From NCBI GenBank assembly GCA_047967505.1, contig CM106538.1: DNA of 64,000 nucleotides; one strand, written 5' to 3'. The position numbers and the translations under genes were made by a program. This DNA comes from Dipteris shenzhenensis. Its lineage: Eukaryota. Below are positions 25,506 through 40,600 of the stretch, piece by piece. Position 1 is the stretch's first letter. Each line of letters opens with the position of its first letter. A model generated the notes under the pieces. It was not told the origin of the DNA, made no database searches, and worked only from the letters and a program-made list of their open reading frames with translations.

Positions 25506-25849
25506 ATATGTGAATGCAAGAAATGCATTATCTTTACACACCTACACATTGCATTTATACTATACGCTTTCATTCCTTAGGTCATGAGAAGACGATCTAG
25601 AACTGAGCTTTAATTGCCTTTGATTCTTGAATCACCTCCTCTCCCATTAATTAATTAATGTGAATCACCGCCCCACTAATTTGACTCTCCCCACTCGCTC
25701 CCTTATAGCTCTTAGCCTCATAGTTCTCCCTCTCCCCCCCACATACCCCCTCACTGTCCTCGCTCCCCCTCTCCACTGTCCTCCCTCTCCTCTCCCTCCC
25801 CTTCCTTCTTCTCCTTTCCCCTCTCCCTCCCCCTCTTTGATGAGCCCTC

Positions 25850-26509
25850 TGTTAAATTACACAGTGCAATGAAATAGAAACTGAACAAAGAATAGAGAGT
25901 ACACAGCAAACTGGAGACCAACGAAATTTTCCTTCAATACTGATGTAGTACAGATGATGGCTCCGTCCACCCGTGCGCTCCCACAGTGGAGCTTAGATGG
26001 CAATCTAGACGGATACTAGGCGAAGAGCTACTAGCTGGAAGATCTGGATCTGATCTGAACTAATACAATGGATTGGGAAGGTCACCTCTTTATATCTATG
26101 AGGGCGTTAGTCGGATCAACGTAGTCAGTGGAACCGACCAGTCAACCTAGAACCGACTAGTCGTCCCTGGAATATTCAAGGAATATTCCCTATACCCTCG
26201 CCTCGGGAGCTCTCGCCCCCACTGGCCCCCTTAGACCCCAACGAGAGTAAGGGGCTCCCACACACTCAAGAAAATGTGCTTCATTGTGCTATTAGCTTAC
26301 CTGCCCTACCTAGCCCATAGGCTAGACTCACATAGATCACCTTTCTACCATCAACGATCTCATTGATAGACCTCATCTAACATGCGAGTCAGGATCCATC
26401 CAGTGTCCCGGGCTCACACATGGCTTCTCCTCATATGGGGGCCTTACAACTTGAGCACCTTGGACCACTGGTGGATACCAGGAGGGTGGGGAATTGAGCA
26501 TATCTAACA
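25850..26509. mobile_element. Solo LTR (660 bp)
   Basis: TGTTA...TAACA termini and a perfect 5-bp TSD CCCTC (25845-25849, 26510-26514). Confidence 0.9.
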
Positions 26510-28271
26510 CCCTCCCCTCTCCCTCTACCTCCCCCTCTCTCCCTCGCTCCTCCCCCCTTTTCCCTCATATACCCATTAAGGGCGGCTAGAAACTTCTAGA
26601 ATCGAGGGCCCATCGATGCTTCTAGACTGACACCTTAATCAAACATTGCGCCCTGCAACTTAGGTTAATCAAACATTGCCCCCCCAACCAAAGTAATTAA
26701 TATGCTCAAATTCAATGTGGGGGTATCTATTTGTTACACCAACTAAGCAATCGAGGAAGATGACCAACATGTTTCTTACCAAGTTGGGAATAGCTCATGG
26801 CACAGCTCGCTATCCATTTAGCCTACCTTGTGACCCCAATTTTTCCTTTCTATGGCTAAGCTTGTAGAAGTAGGATAGAAACTAACAGTAGTACTTAGTC
26901 ACTCACTCACCTAAAAATATACAAAGGTTTTGTTGTGCAATTCAAACTCATGCACTGCAAAAGTATCCACTATTACCTTTGCATTTTAGTATTACGCAAC
27001 CTAGAAACACATATCCCTCAAAAATCCATCCTTAGAACACATTCAATAAAACCCACACAAAATATGTGCAAGATTTAGCTCTCTCGAGAATAACCTCTTA
27101 ATGCTCACATGTCTAAGATAGGTTGAGGAGTTCTCCCTCCTAAAGGGACTCTCCCCTAAAGGTACTCCTTGGAAACATTTGTGAGTTTTGCTCACAAATC
27201 TATCATGGCATCACTCAAAGCTCACTTCTCAAGCTTTCTCCTCACATATTTGCAAGCTACCTCTATACCTTGCTAAGCTCTTGCTTTAATCCTACATTCC
27301 TTCACCATTAGTGAGCCTTACCATGAACCTGCACAAATCTCTAAAACAAACCTCTTTAGTTGCTTCTCCATCTCGAAGGAGTTGAATATAAGGGTGCTTG
27401 CTATATATTCGTGATAAAAATCTTCTTCTTGAAGCAACCCTTAGCCATGCCATAACTCAATTGCTTGTCTATTTCACCTTTGCAAGTTATTCCCCTCTCT
27501 AGGCACTTTCCCAATTCATACAACCAGTCTTCTTCAATGCAACTAATCTAGCTCCTTTCATCTCATCATCTTCATTAAAAAAGATCAACCAAGCTACCTC
27601 CAAACTCGACCTAGATCTCACAATTCAAGAAATAAGTCCAAGCTTTAGTTCCTCCCCAACAATAATAGCAAAAATCCCCTACCTCTTCAAAGAAGGAAGC
27701 GAAAGGTTCCCCGATGCCCATAAGAGCACAACGAGTGGGTAGAAGAAGCCAAATCCATCAATGAATCTAACACCAAATTTATTCCACACTCAAGAAGCTC
27801 AAAAAAAAGAGAGAACTTATGCATAGCAACAACCAACCTCCTCACTACCAACCATGTAGGCCGTCCCCTCTCCTCAACCTCTACCAGGTCCACTATCAAC
27901 CTCAATTTTATCATCCCCTCTATAAATCTACACCTTGAAGGTTAGATCAACTTTGGAGTAGGTTCCAACTTGGAACCTCAAATACCCATAGGTTCCCATG
28001 CTCCATTAGACTCTCAGCATCCTTTCAAAGAACCCTTCCTTAGTTTCCCAGTCACTTTCTTGTTTTTTGGATGGTCTTGTGTGTTAGACTTGTGTACAGC
28101 GCACTCTAGTTGTGTAGCATGTATGCAGATAGGCAATAGGATGCATGGAACCACTAGAGACAAGCGATTTAGAGTTTTTTCATCACTTTTTGCTCGAGTC
28201 CAAAAGGTAGGATTTAAGTTCAAATGTATGAATTTATTGGCTTTGTAGGACTTTGTGTGGAATGGGATTCT

Positions 28272-31200
28272 TGTTAGAGACTCACTGTGCCCACCTGTGA
28301 GCCCCCATTTTGAGGGGACAAGGGGCACTGAGAGGTAGGAGGGCTGGGAAAGAGAGACCCAGGCAAACATCATAGGCAACCAGTACACGGGCTGGTTGCT
28401 GTCTGCAAACAGCAGAGAAATAGGGGGGGCCCTGTGCCTCCCTGGTCCCATGGACTGGCTGCATAGGGCACCCTTTTATAGGGGCCTGTGGCAGGGCCAG
28501 TCGGCCCAACCAGGGCCACTGACCAGGGCCGACCCTGGTCGGATTTCCAGAACAGTTTGGTCAGCCACCAGTCAGCTGACCCTACTAGTCGGCCAATCTA
28601 GAGGGCCTGGGCAGTGCCTATAAAAGGCCCACTCCTTCCTTCAATCCAGCATCCAGTGCAAGATAGAAAGCCTCCTTCATAGGCTGTGCTGTGCACTCAG
28701 AGCTGGTCCAGTCTAATAGAGAGAGTTCCATCAGTTCTCCTCAGCACTTGGCAGAGTTTTGTATTGCTCCCCTAGAGCCAGTTTTCTGCCCACCATCCGG
28801 TGGATGAATATATTCTCTCTCTCTATTTAAATTATCTCTGAGTGAGTGTTTATTGCATCTGTGATCGGTTATCTGAGTTGAGTGTCAAGAAGAGCGGGAG
28901 AGACCTTGGCTGGAGGTTTGAGTGATTCATTCCCTCCTATTTTTCAACATGGTATCAGAGCCATAGGCTCTCAACTCTTCCTCATCAAAGCACTCTTTGA
29001 AGGAAGGAGTCCCTTGGCAGTAAGGCGACTCTGTTTTCAGCTCAAGCTAGCACAGAAGGTCAATACATTTATTTCTGTTTCAGTTATTCAATTTTGCTAT
29101 TCACCGAGATGGATCAGCGTTCCCTCTACATCCATTGCTCATCCTTCCTCCTTCTCCAATCATCTTCCTTCTTCATTCATCCCCAATTTCAGTGAAGCTG
29201 GAAAGCTCGATGGAATGAACTATCCAATCTGGAAAGTCAAGATTCGAAGCCATCTGTTGGCACGGAGGTTGTGGAAGATTGTGAATGGGACCGAAGAGAA
29301 GCCGGAGGACATTGTGGACAAAAGAGGTGAAGTTTTAGTTGAAGCAGATGCAGATGAACTCTGTGCATGGGAGGAGAGGGATGCTCAAGCCTTAGCAATG
29401 CTTATAGGCACGATAGTAGCTGTGATTCCTCATATCCAATTGGCAAAGACGTCTTCAGAGGCGTGGGCCATACTAAAGGAGCTGTATGAAACCGATAATA
29501 CAGCTCATATCATTACACTTCAGCATCAGCTTTCTAATCTTGATATGAATGAGGGTGATAGTGTGCATGATCATCTGACAAAGGTGAAAGTTGTGCGGGA
29601 CCAGCTTGAGGCGATTGGTCAGAAGGTGAACACGAGTCAATTGGCGTTGCTCACACTCCACAAATTGCCACAGAGTTTCAAAAGTTTTGTGACTACGGTC
29701 AGCAGTGCGGGTCAACGGACTAAGCCGATCACCTTTGAGGAGCTTGGTCCACTCCTGCTTCAGGAGGAGGCTTGAGAGAAACTCTTTACGCAAACCGATG
29801 AGAAGTCATTAGTTGCCAAAGACAAGCCTGGAAAAGGCAAGCCAAAGGATTCCAAGAAATCAAAGGACGCTGAACGCAAGAAGAAAATGAAGTGCTTTTA
29901 ATGTGATGATTGGACAATTATTTTTACTCAGTGAACATTGTTCAGCATATGCACATGTCCAATAGAAGGACTTGGTTCAAAATCATGGAAAGTACACACC
30001 CGGATTCCAAAGTTTCTGTCGGGATAGCCGAAGATGTCCTATGAAGGGCATCGGTAGCATTCCTTTCATTACAATGGCGGGTGAGGAGAAGGATATCTAT
30101 GGAGTACTTTATGTACCCAACCTTTGCAAGAATTTACTGTATGTAAGTCAGATGGACAAAAACAACATGGTAGTTCTCTTTCAAGATGGCAAGGTCACTG
30201 TAACTTCCAAAGGCAATGGGCAGCTGGTGGCTCAAGGTGTTGAAGAGAATGGACTGTACCGTCTCAGTGCAATGTTGGTTCATGAAGACAACAGAAAGTC
30301 CAAACTTTGGCATGAGCGCTTCGGTCATGTCAGCTATGGAATCTTGGCTGAAATGTCAAAGTCGAAGTTGGTGGATGGACTTCCACCAATTACAGGCAAG
30401 GATGAAGTCTGTAGGGCTTGTCTAGAAGGCAAGTAGTACAGGGATAAGTTCCCACAAGAGGCCTCATTTCAAGCTAGCAAACCACTTGAGTTGGTTCACA
30501 CCGACATTTGTGGTCCAATGTCTATAGCATTGTGGGCAGGACCCAGGTACTCACTTCTCTTTGTTGATGATTTCAGTAGAATGACCTGGGTATATTGTTT
30601 GGCTAAAAAGTCTCAGGCTTTCGAGAAATTCAAAGACTGGAAGGCCAGAGTTGAAAAGGAGACAGGGGAGGATGTCAAGACATTCCGCATAGATAGGGGG
30701 GGAGAATTCACCTCAAGTGAGTTCAACACATTTTGTCGCAAGCATGGGATCAAGCGACAACTCACCACGGCACATACTTCTCAGCAAAACGGGGTAGCCG
30801 AGAGGAAGCATAGAACCACCATAGAGATAGGGCTTGCTATGCTCTGAGGGAGGAATCTTTCTAAAGCCTATTGGAGTGAAGCTATCAATACAGCCGTACA
30901 CATTCTCAACCGGACCAAGACGAAGGCCGTCAAGGACAAGACTCCATATGAGGCATTTTATGGTAAGAAGCCCTCTATCACTCATCTTCGCATTTTTGGT
31001 TCTAACGCATGGGTGCATGTGCACAAGGAAGACATGACCAAGCTTGATTCCCGGAGCAGAAAATGTATCTTTGTTAGGTATAGTGAAGAATCCAAGACCT
31101 ACCGCCTCTTCGACCAAGTAAAGAAGCAAATCCTTATCAGTCAGGATGTTGTCTTCTCGGAAAAAGAACCTAAACCCCAGGAGGAGCCTCAGATTGAGGA

Positions 31201-32300
31201 GGAGGAGATTGTTCAACCCCCAAACCCACCCCGTCCCAGGTTGACCATCCAAGAGGTGGCAAAATCAAAAGCTGATGTTCCACAAGATACTCAGGAAGAG
31301 CAGGATGTTCCAGAAGAAGTTCACGTTCCTCCTCCCACAAAGAAGCAAAAAATATTGCCCCAATGGTACCTACAGACATTGGAAGAGTCTCTGGTCACCG
31401 CATTACCTGAGAGTAGTAGTTCCGAATTGCGTCGATCTCAACGTCTTCAGAAGGCCCCATCCGTGAATTTTGCTTTGGTGGCTCAGCTTGATGAGCCAAG
31501 GACCTTCGAGGAGGCGAAGGACAATCCAGAATGGTAGGCTGTCATGAAGGCAGAGATGGATGCTATCCTGAAGAACAATACATGGGACTTAGTGGCTAGG
31601 CCCCTGCGATGGAAAGTCATCGGCACTAAGTGGGTATACAAACTTAAATACAAATCAGATGGCAGCTTGGATAAGTATAAAGCAAGGTTAGTGGTGAAAG
31701 GTATTGCTCAAATTGAAGGCATGGATTTTGATGAAACTTTTGCTCCCACTGCCTGCATGGTGACTATCCGGACAATGATTGCCCTTGCTGCCCAATTCCA
31801 GTGGCCTATTTTTCAAATGGATGTGAAGTCTGCATTCCTTGATGGAACCCTGGAGGAGAAGGTATACGTTGAGTAGCCACCGGGATTTCAAGATCCAGGG
31901 TCCCCATTAAAGGTCTGCAGGTTGAAGACGGCATTATACGGGCTGAAACAGGCCCCAGAGCTTGGTACCAAAGGATTGATATATTCTTTCAAAAGATAGG
32001 GCTCTCAGTTGGAGTCCTTCTGAGGCAAACCTTTACTTGTTCATTGAGAAGGGATTGCGACTGGTACTCATCCTCTATGTTGATGATCTTATCTTGACAG
32101 GTGATCATGTCAAGAAGATTTCACAGGTTAAGGAGCTACTCATGTCTGAGTTTGAGATGACTGACCTTGGGTTATTACATTACTTCCTTGGGATTGAAGT
32201 AAAGCAGGCCAAAGACAGGATCTTCATTTCACAGGAGAAATATTGCAGAGAAATTCTGAAGAGATTTCAGATGGAGGATTGCAGAACAGCAATCTATGGC
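28272..32300 (+). mobile_element. Ty1/Copia retrotransposon, 3'-truncated (5' LTR 28272-28949)
   Basis: TGTT...AACA LTR followed by PBS TGGTATCAGAGC at 28950-28961; Copia domain order. Confidence 0.93.
29109..32300 (+). pseudogene. Copia gag-pol (UBN2 gag, GAG-pre-integrase, rve integrase, RVT_2), multiple stops
   Basis: KLDGMNYPIW, LWHERFGH, VHTDICGP, DRGGEF, QNGVAER, KYKARLV, QMDVKSAFL, LYVDDL. Confidence 0.93.
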
Positions 32301-34464
32301 TAGAATCTCATGCTAGCAAGGGTGCCCAAGGGTCAAGGTTTACAAAAATGGGATAGACCCCCCAAATGGTTATCTCCCTTGCATGTACAAGGATTAATCT
32401 TAGGCCTTTATGTGAACCTAGTTTCTCATGTTTACAAGAGGTACCGTGGAGGAAAACACATATCACATGGCCTACATCATATGATGACTAGAGGTGATTT
32501 ACAAAAAGACTATAAGGATAAGAAAACATAACCAAGACATTCTTTTTGGAGTACTATTCCAGGCAGAGAACCTCAAAAATTGCCTACATGACCAAGTGGT
32601 GACTAAAGCTCAATATGTTGGACTCTAGGAAGCCCAATCTACCACAAAATTTGATTCTTCATTTGTTGATGGAATGCTCTCTTTAGCAAGATTTGCTTTG
32701 TTGTTGATGTAGCTCTTCTTCACATGATATACTTCATTCTCTTTGGAGTTGTAGTGGGAGTCATTCCTCTCCTCTTCTTGGGCTTGTTTCTTGGAGAGCA
32801 ATTGTAGTCTCTAGAAAACCTTTTTATGTGACAATACTCCATAGTATGATTCGGTACTCCACAAAAGGCACATATCTTTTTCTTGGTTTTCACCTTGATG
32901 AAATACTCACCATTACAGGGCTTTACTCTCCTTCTAGGCTTCTTTTGGAATGCTTTCCTCTAAGATACATAATCAATGTTAGAGGAACAACATGATGAAG
33001 GCATATTAGGAAGGTCTTACCAATAATGTGGCAATTTCTAGTCCCTTACAAAGAAGTCTCCTTCTCCACGAGTATAATTGGTTGGAGAGATAGTTAGATA
33101 CCCCAAACTCTTAACATAAAGGAAATACAATAGTACTTTGGTACTCCAAGATTGGGAGTTCTAATCTGCTACTGAATCACTCTCTTGGCTTGTACAAATC
33201 AAGCTTTGTATTTCTCACTTGATGAAGACAATCCTTGTTCTCATGTAGAGATTCCATAGTACATGTAGACAAGTATGCAAGCAATGTAAAGCTATATCTA
33301 ATCAAAGATACTCAACTCTCTTCTTGAAGACTTGGATTTCTTCACATAGTTCTCATTGGAAGAGCCACAAGAGCTAGTCATGGTTACAACTCAAATGCTC
33401 ATCAATAGTGAATGTGTATCATCTTCAAATCAAAGAATATACTCATAAAATGGAATAACATTGTATAAGATAGTGTTTGAACAAAAAATCCAGCATTAAC
33501 TGATAATATGCTGTCAATGAGTCATCCCTAAGCTTGCATCAAGCATTCCACAACCAAAAATGCCCAAAATTATAGAAGAAAAACATAGTAATTTGGAGGG
33601 CTTGATTCAAGCTCTATGAAGCATAACTAAAGGGGACATGCACAATTAACGATCTTATACTAGAGAATGTTCACTTAGGAGGACTGCCCAAAAAATGCGT
33701 AGAGTTGCTCATAAGAACAACGCCTTCTTCGACTGGTCTTTGTGTGATTTCTCCTCATTGCAATAGCTATTAGGAATTAAGCTTGGACATAAGATAGCTT
33801 GTAGTGTCGCCCACCCATGGCTAAGAGGGATTGAAGTATGGTTGAGGCGATGGATGGAATTACATGATAGGTTGGCGAGCAAAGAACGTGTTGGCACAAG
33901 CGACAAAAGCAAAATGTCAAGAAATGCTTTGAGCAAGAGGTGCACCCTAAGTGGAGGATACTTCAGCTCAGAGGGCTCTTGGAATGGTTGCATAATTGGT
34001 GGAGAACAGAGCTAAGTAAAAACTGATAGAAAAGGGGGCAGAAATGAAGAAGAAGGTGGAGGGTGGAGAAGAAGGTGATGAGGCAGCCTAGGAGTCTAAA
34101 AGCTCAAGGAGGATCATAGCTCTAATACCACATGTTGGAATGTAGGTGCATTGTGGCAAGAGGAGTGAGAACCCATAAGATATTGAAATGGGTGTTCTAT
34201 TAATTTGAGAGGGAAGTCCCTCTTTTATAGAAATGGAGAGAGGGTGTCCTAAATCAGTGCCACCTCCCCTACATCAATGGCAATTAGCCCTATATCATAG
34301 GCACCTCCCCATGTGGGGGCCTTTGTACTACATCACCACCTGTGTCATGGTCCTGACACATCATAGCACTAAGTGTGCTACACTACCTACGCACACTTAA
34401 ACATGTGATTGCTAGTGGATGCACACATGCACCTAGCAAGCCCTTGATCACACATATCCCAACA
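32301..34464 (-). mobile_element. Highly decayed LTR retrotransposon (Gypsy-like gag/protease relic); LTR 34133-34464
   Basis: LTR TGTTGG...CCAACA. PBS-like TGGTATTAGAGC (reverse complement of 34119-34130). Knuckle CAFCGVPNHTMEYC near 32830-32873 and an MLDS protease-like motif near 32620. Confidence 0.7.
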
Positions 34465-36180
34465 TCCTCATCCATGGCTTGTGTCCACTGTGGGTTCTTT
34501 AGTGCTTCCTTAAATCTCTCTAGCTTTTCTTCTTGCAGCACATTTGTCATATAAGCATGGTGTACTGCTGCAAATCCATTATAGGTGAGTCACTGCACAC
34601 CAAGTATCTAACACGAGTAGATTTATGAGGTAGATTACTCTTTGATGCACCTCTTTGTATGACCATTTGCTGCTTGAAGTCTGTAGTACCTGAAGTCACT
34701 GATTGATTGGGAACGTCATCAACAAATGAAGTGGGCTGATATGCTTCTATAATTTCAGCCATACCGTGTGCATTTTTGACCATCCTAGAGCCACCTGCAT
34801 GTGGTCTCTCCTAGACCATGGATTGCTAGAATCAAATGTTGTCATAAGGCTGTGATTTTTCCTCTTTGCTACAACATTTTGCTGTGGTGTATATGAACAT
34901 TAGACCTGCCTCTAAATTCCATCAAAATCCAAATAATTGGTGAACTCTTTGGACATGTATTCTCCCCCTCCATCTAAATGGATGGTCACTAATCGTTGCC
35001 CAGACTCTTTTTTTGCCATGGTATGAAAGAGTTTAAACTTCTCAAAGACTTCAGACTTATCTCACATGAAGTAAACCCAAGTTTTCCTTGTGTAATTGTC
35101 TTAAAAGGATACATAATACTTTAGCTGATTCATGCTAGGCTAAGATGCCATCCACACATCAATATATACAAGCTCCAATGCTCTACGAGCTCTCTTTCCA
35201 TCCTCTAAAAATGGCTTTCGTGCTTGCTTGGCAAACTAGTAAGCACGATAGACACATGACAGTGCTATGAACTTGAACGTTGGGACACTTGAGACAACAC
35301 GTGTTTTGGGAGTCCTTGTAGGCACTGAAAATTCAGTGACCAATCCTCTTGTGCCACATCTCTATGTCGAAAATTTCAGCACTAAGCATGGCCAAGTTCT
35401 CCTGCCTCTCCCTAGGCATAATGGCATCCAACTTAAAGATACGGCCAACCTTCTTGCTTTTGGCACCTACACACATGTTGTTATGTGTATCCAACCCCAT
35501 ACATCCATGCTTATTAAATAAAAACTTAAGCCCTCTCTCTATCATTTGGCCAACTAGGCACATACATCACACCACTGAGTGTTTGCTTAGTGCCACTGTT
35601 ACACTCGATATGGGCACATTAAAGGCACATTCCCAATATGCATAATTTCATGCTTGGTATCATCTCTAGTGTATACAAAAAATTCTTGAGTCATTCGCGT
35701 CATGCTCTCAAACCACCCATCATGAGGAGTCATTTGGTTAGATACACTTGAATTCACATACCACTCCTCATCAGACTTGTACATAGCACCAAAGACATGT
35801 TGCATGGCTAGGAAAACTCCACCATGCAAACATGCTGCAACGAAGTCATCATCATCAACTACGACCCCTATGCTACCAAGCTGGTTGGTAATGTTCTTGA
35901 TCTTCAAGACAGAGTCTTGAACGTCAGATGACTTCCACTCTACATCATGTAGCTTTTGTTTTAGCTATAGCTTACAAGCCTTAGTACTCCTCTCATTTAA
36001 CTTGGCAATTGCATCCCAAATATCTTAAGTAGTATCCTTGTCCTGGGCTCTGATTCCATGTTAAGAACTAGACAGATAGGCAAATATGGTGGAATAGAGC
36101 CCCTTGAGCACATTATTCTCTATTTCTCTCTAAGTGTACTTCAAATGAAAATGACTAAGGTGTGCCTTAGACATGTGTGA

Positions 36181-36239
<59 letters not shown>

Positions 36240-36359
36240 CGCTGACGGTGCAATATAGCTATGTGATATGGGTCTCACTTTCACTGTGCATTGAGACTCC
36301 ACCTACCCAAATGAGCTAGCCAATATAGTCTAGCATTGTGTGTGCCATACATATCAACA
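34465..36359 (-). mobile_element. Internally deleted Copia relic; LTR 36059-36359 contains (CA)n
   Basis: PBS-like TGGAATCAGAGC (reverse complement of 36047-36058). EWYVNS, MWHKRIGH, integrase remnants, and KEALKNPQWTQAMDE interrupted by the neighbouring LTR. Confidence 0.8.
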
Positions 36360-37607
36360 ATAGGCGATTAGTTTTTTGCCACATACAATCAAAATTAAAA
36401 AACACAAAAATTGATAAATGTACCCTAAATCATGAATATGGTCTCAGAGCAAGGATTACATTCACATTTTCACATTTGTGCTAATGGGTTATTAGCATTC
36501 ATTAATTACACTTTAAAGTAGCATGAAAACAACGTGATCACATTGTTTACTGAGAAAAATCTCCAAGAAATCAGATTAAACTATCATCGGTAGTATTCAT
36601 ATAACCAACGATAATGTGTAAATTACCAGCAGTAATATAACTAATACCGATGGTTTATATTACCAATGGTATTATAACCGATGATAATACTATATTACGG
36701 GTGGTGTTTTTCATATAACCACCGATATTATGGGTTGCAGATTCATAGTTTCTTGCATAGCCCAACACTATATATTGGTGAAAAGGGCAATAGAGGCTTG
36801 TCATTCGATCCAATTGTGGTTCATATCCTGATAAACCCTTTGGTAAGTTGGGAAAGAAAGTGAACCACAATTTAGATCTGAATAGTTGTAAGGATGAGTG
36901 GGGGAGGGTGAGTCAACATTCATTATACTTGTGGGTGTGGTTCACTACTCAGATTCCTTGCATTTTGGGGAAATTGTAGACCATCAATGTGAGGGCTAGT
37001 GGATGTGAGTGTTTGTTGTGTGTTCTTGAGGGTGGTTTATACTCCAACTCCTTGCGGTTTGGGGAACTTGTGGACCACGATCATGAGTGCCAATGAATGT
37101 GATTGTTAAGAAGGAGTCTTAAGCTAAGGCATGGAGAGAAGGGGGCAACGAGATGGCAATGATTTGAGCAAAAATAGGGCACGTGTCGTAACACAAAGCA
37201 ACTATAGTGGATGCATCTATAGGCATTGCTTGAATAGAGAAATTACGGGTGCATCTAATAGCATGTCTAACGGCTCGTCTATTTGCGCGTGTATTAACGT
37301 GTCTATTTGCACATTTACACTGAGATAATACGGGCCCATATAACATTGCATTTATCAGTGCGTCTATTAGTGTGTTTATACTAGAAATTAGACGCGTATT
37401 TAGATGCGTATTTAGATGCAAAATAGAGAATACAGAAAGTGAGATTTTGGTGTATGTAATCATTGCTTTCCAGACATTGCCCATGATTACCAAAGCACAT
37501 AACTTTAACAAAAACATCAATGCTTTTGTGCAAGCCCACATATACAAGAATTGAGGTGAGGAGAATGAGACAATATGTAAAATAGTTTTGCCAATATCAA
37601 TGATGGG

Positions 37608-40600
37608 CTACGGTTCAATCTCATCATTAATGAGATCAACCCTTGCCAAACTATCTACTTCAAAATCCAAACAAGTGTTTAGATCTACAAATACATTCAA
37701 CCCACTACTACTTGTGCTACTCATGTGCTCATCGAAATCAGCATCACCAATGGTAGGCTCATCCTCACGGGTAATGGCCTCAATATCTGTATCTCCTATC
37801 TCATGATCATCCTCCTCTCTCGTATCATGGTCATCATCACGTCCATGGCCATCATCATCCTCCATATGCTCCATATTAGTAAATGTACTATACATCACTT
37901 TGGAACATGGCATACTAGATATGACATGCCACCATCTATTATTATCCACCATTGGTTGATAGACAACCTAACTCAAACACAAATACAATCATGTTATTTT
38001 CCTTGCATCAAATATTTAAAAGCGAGTATTTTTATATGTGTGCACAGTACCTGTTCACATTGTTGCAGTAGTACTAGTGTGTCCTTCCTACTTTGCCAAA
38101 ACTTTGTGGAGTCAATAGTTACAAAGCCACTTGCATGGCATTTGATTGTTGCATTAGGGCCTCTTTCCACCATGTCCTTAAACCACTTTACATCCAAAAC
38201 ATACATAAAGAAGCATCGAAAGTCAAGCTTAATAATATCTTGGATTATGCCACATGGCTCCATTGGCTCCCTCAAAGCTAGCAATGATGCCACAATCTTG
38301 TGTGTTTCTCTTATCATCAATCCGTTGTGTTCAAAAGTGCTTGCCCTCACACCATATAGCATTGGACATAGTGCACTACACCACGAAAAAATCAATTAAA
38401 TAAGCAATCTAAATTATTGAAAGCTCCTAACTTATGCATAACATTCTAGATACCAACCTTGCTCATGCATCCCCTAGCATACTCCCATTCTTCCATTGTG
38501 ATATGCATCCCCTCATCTTTCTCTGCTTTCTCCATTTCATCAAGTAGCCAATCCACATGAATATCCTTTGGAAGTGCTCTTAGATACTAAGGGTATGGCA
38601 CATGAATCTGTGGTGTGTATGAAAGAGGGCCCTTTCTTCTTGTCTTCTTGCCTTTGCATGCTCGTATCTTGTCACCCATCTTTTCATCACATCACTATTA
38701 AGCACGCAATAGAGGTTGATACTATTATGCAACTCCGTGTCTATTACTTTGTTGCATCCTTTCCCTTGAGGCACAATAGAGGTCATCCTTAGGTCTTCAT
38801 CATCTCTCCATAGTCGTGGGAGAGAGCTATCCACATCAACAAGAAACTCAAAAATATATACAAGTGACTCTTGTACCAACCAACCCTCGGCCATGCTACC
38901 TTTGGGTCTTGCATTTTGTCTCACGAAGCCCTTCAAGGTCTTCATGAAGCACTCGAGGAAGAACAACCATCGTGCATGTATAGTACCACATATAGCAATC
39001 TCATCCACCAAATGCACTAAAAGATGTAGTTGGCTTGTGAGAATAGAACGTGGAAATGTCTCCTCCACTAAACAAACCACCTCCACTGGCATAACTCGAG
39101 CATTCTCAAGCATGGTGGGATCTATTTCCTTTGAGCTCACATACCTAGAAATGAAAAAGTACACCATATTAGCAATATGAACACCTTGCATGGAGCATTG
39201 ATACGCATCATATTTTGTATCATGTAAAGTACCTCACAAGCTCGCCCATCTTGTAAATACAATCTTTCATGTCCTTCGATGCACTACATGAAATGCTAGT
39301 AGGTAGTATGAACTGAACCCACAAGGAGGTGGTTGATTAGTTGCTTATAATTATTCACTCACAAATTTGAAAGGAAAAAGATATTATGCACATAAATACT
39401 TACTTGGAGCATCTTGTGCCAATCATGAGATTTCAAGCCATATAATTGCTCTAAGTCTCTTTTCTTGCTCTTTGTAAAGGCTCCCTTCAAACACCTCATG
39501 CATCCAGTGGGAGTACGAATTGTTATAGCGCGCTTCACTGCCGCCATCTCTAGCTTTGATAACCTCCACGGTGCACGAGGTAAAAAAACACACCCATTTG
39601 GTCTCTCTTGTGGCCAAGCTTCATGCATCCTCCCTATGGTACGTAGATCCTCCCTTATGCCTACGAAACCTCGTGTCCCATTCAAATGCTCCCAAATGGT
39701 AGATGCCAGATTCTTGAAGATATGCATGGGATCAAGCAGGTGATTGATATTGAGGTGGGACCAATATGGTAAACGATAAAAGATGGAGTATCTAAACAAA
39801 ATAAAGTGTTAGCGGGCAATCTTTATTTCCAGCCAATATAGCACACAATAGTTAGAAACCCTTACCGGCTCATGCCAAGTGGTGGAGGAGTCGTGGAACC
39901 ATCCCAAATTCTCATCCAATCTCCCACGGTGAGTGATTGTGGGAGGACTTCATTGCAGGGGGCACATATCTAGGATGATCAGGTCGGAGAAATCGATGGT
40001 GATTCTCATAGATGACCTTATTCAATGCATCTGCCTATGAGGCAACTAGTGAAGGACCACAAATAGGACATGCATGGTAACCCGATGTAGTGAGACCTGA
40101 ACAATAGATGCAATTAAGAGTTGAAGGTGTGTGTACCACATCCTTTCCCTATTCATAATTAGAAGTGCAATGCTTACCTGAATACTTGCCATAGCCTGGG
40201 AAGTCATGCATTATCCACATCAAGACTGCTTTGTAGTTGAAGTCTCGTGATGAGGGAGGCCTGCTCACATCATGCACCTCGATACCTCTCCAAAGTATCT
40301 CTAGCTCATCAATCAAAGGCTCCAAATAAACATCAAGATTTTTGACTTTATGTTTCCCTGGAATTAGAAGGGACAGCATAACATGTCCTTTCTTAATAGC
40401 CATAGAGGGTGGAAGATTATAATTCACCAATATCACCGGCCATACACTGCAAGAGGTGCTTTTGAGACCAAATGGGTTCACACCGTCCATACCCAATCCA
40501 AGTCTCAAGCTCCTAGGTTCTTCCTTGAAGCTTGGCCATGTGTCTTCAATATGCTTCCACGTAGGAGCGTCTGCGGGAGTTCTCCACTTGCCATCGGTTG

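Noticed and set aside
26730-28270. Probable very old retroelement remains (also 54200-55960 and 49913-50900)
   Set aside because: TE-like composition, but no motif or terminus that I could call with confidence.
36943-36952. CACTAC as the left end of the first CACTA
   Set aside because: It lies in one unit of a local tandem duplication of about 95 bp, and the other unit lacks it.
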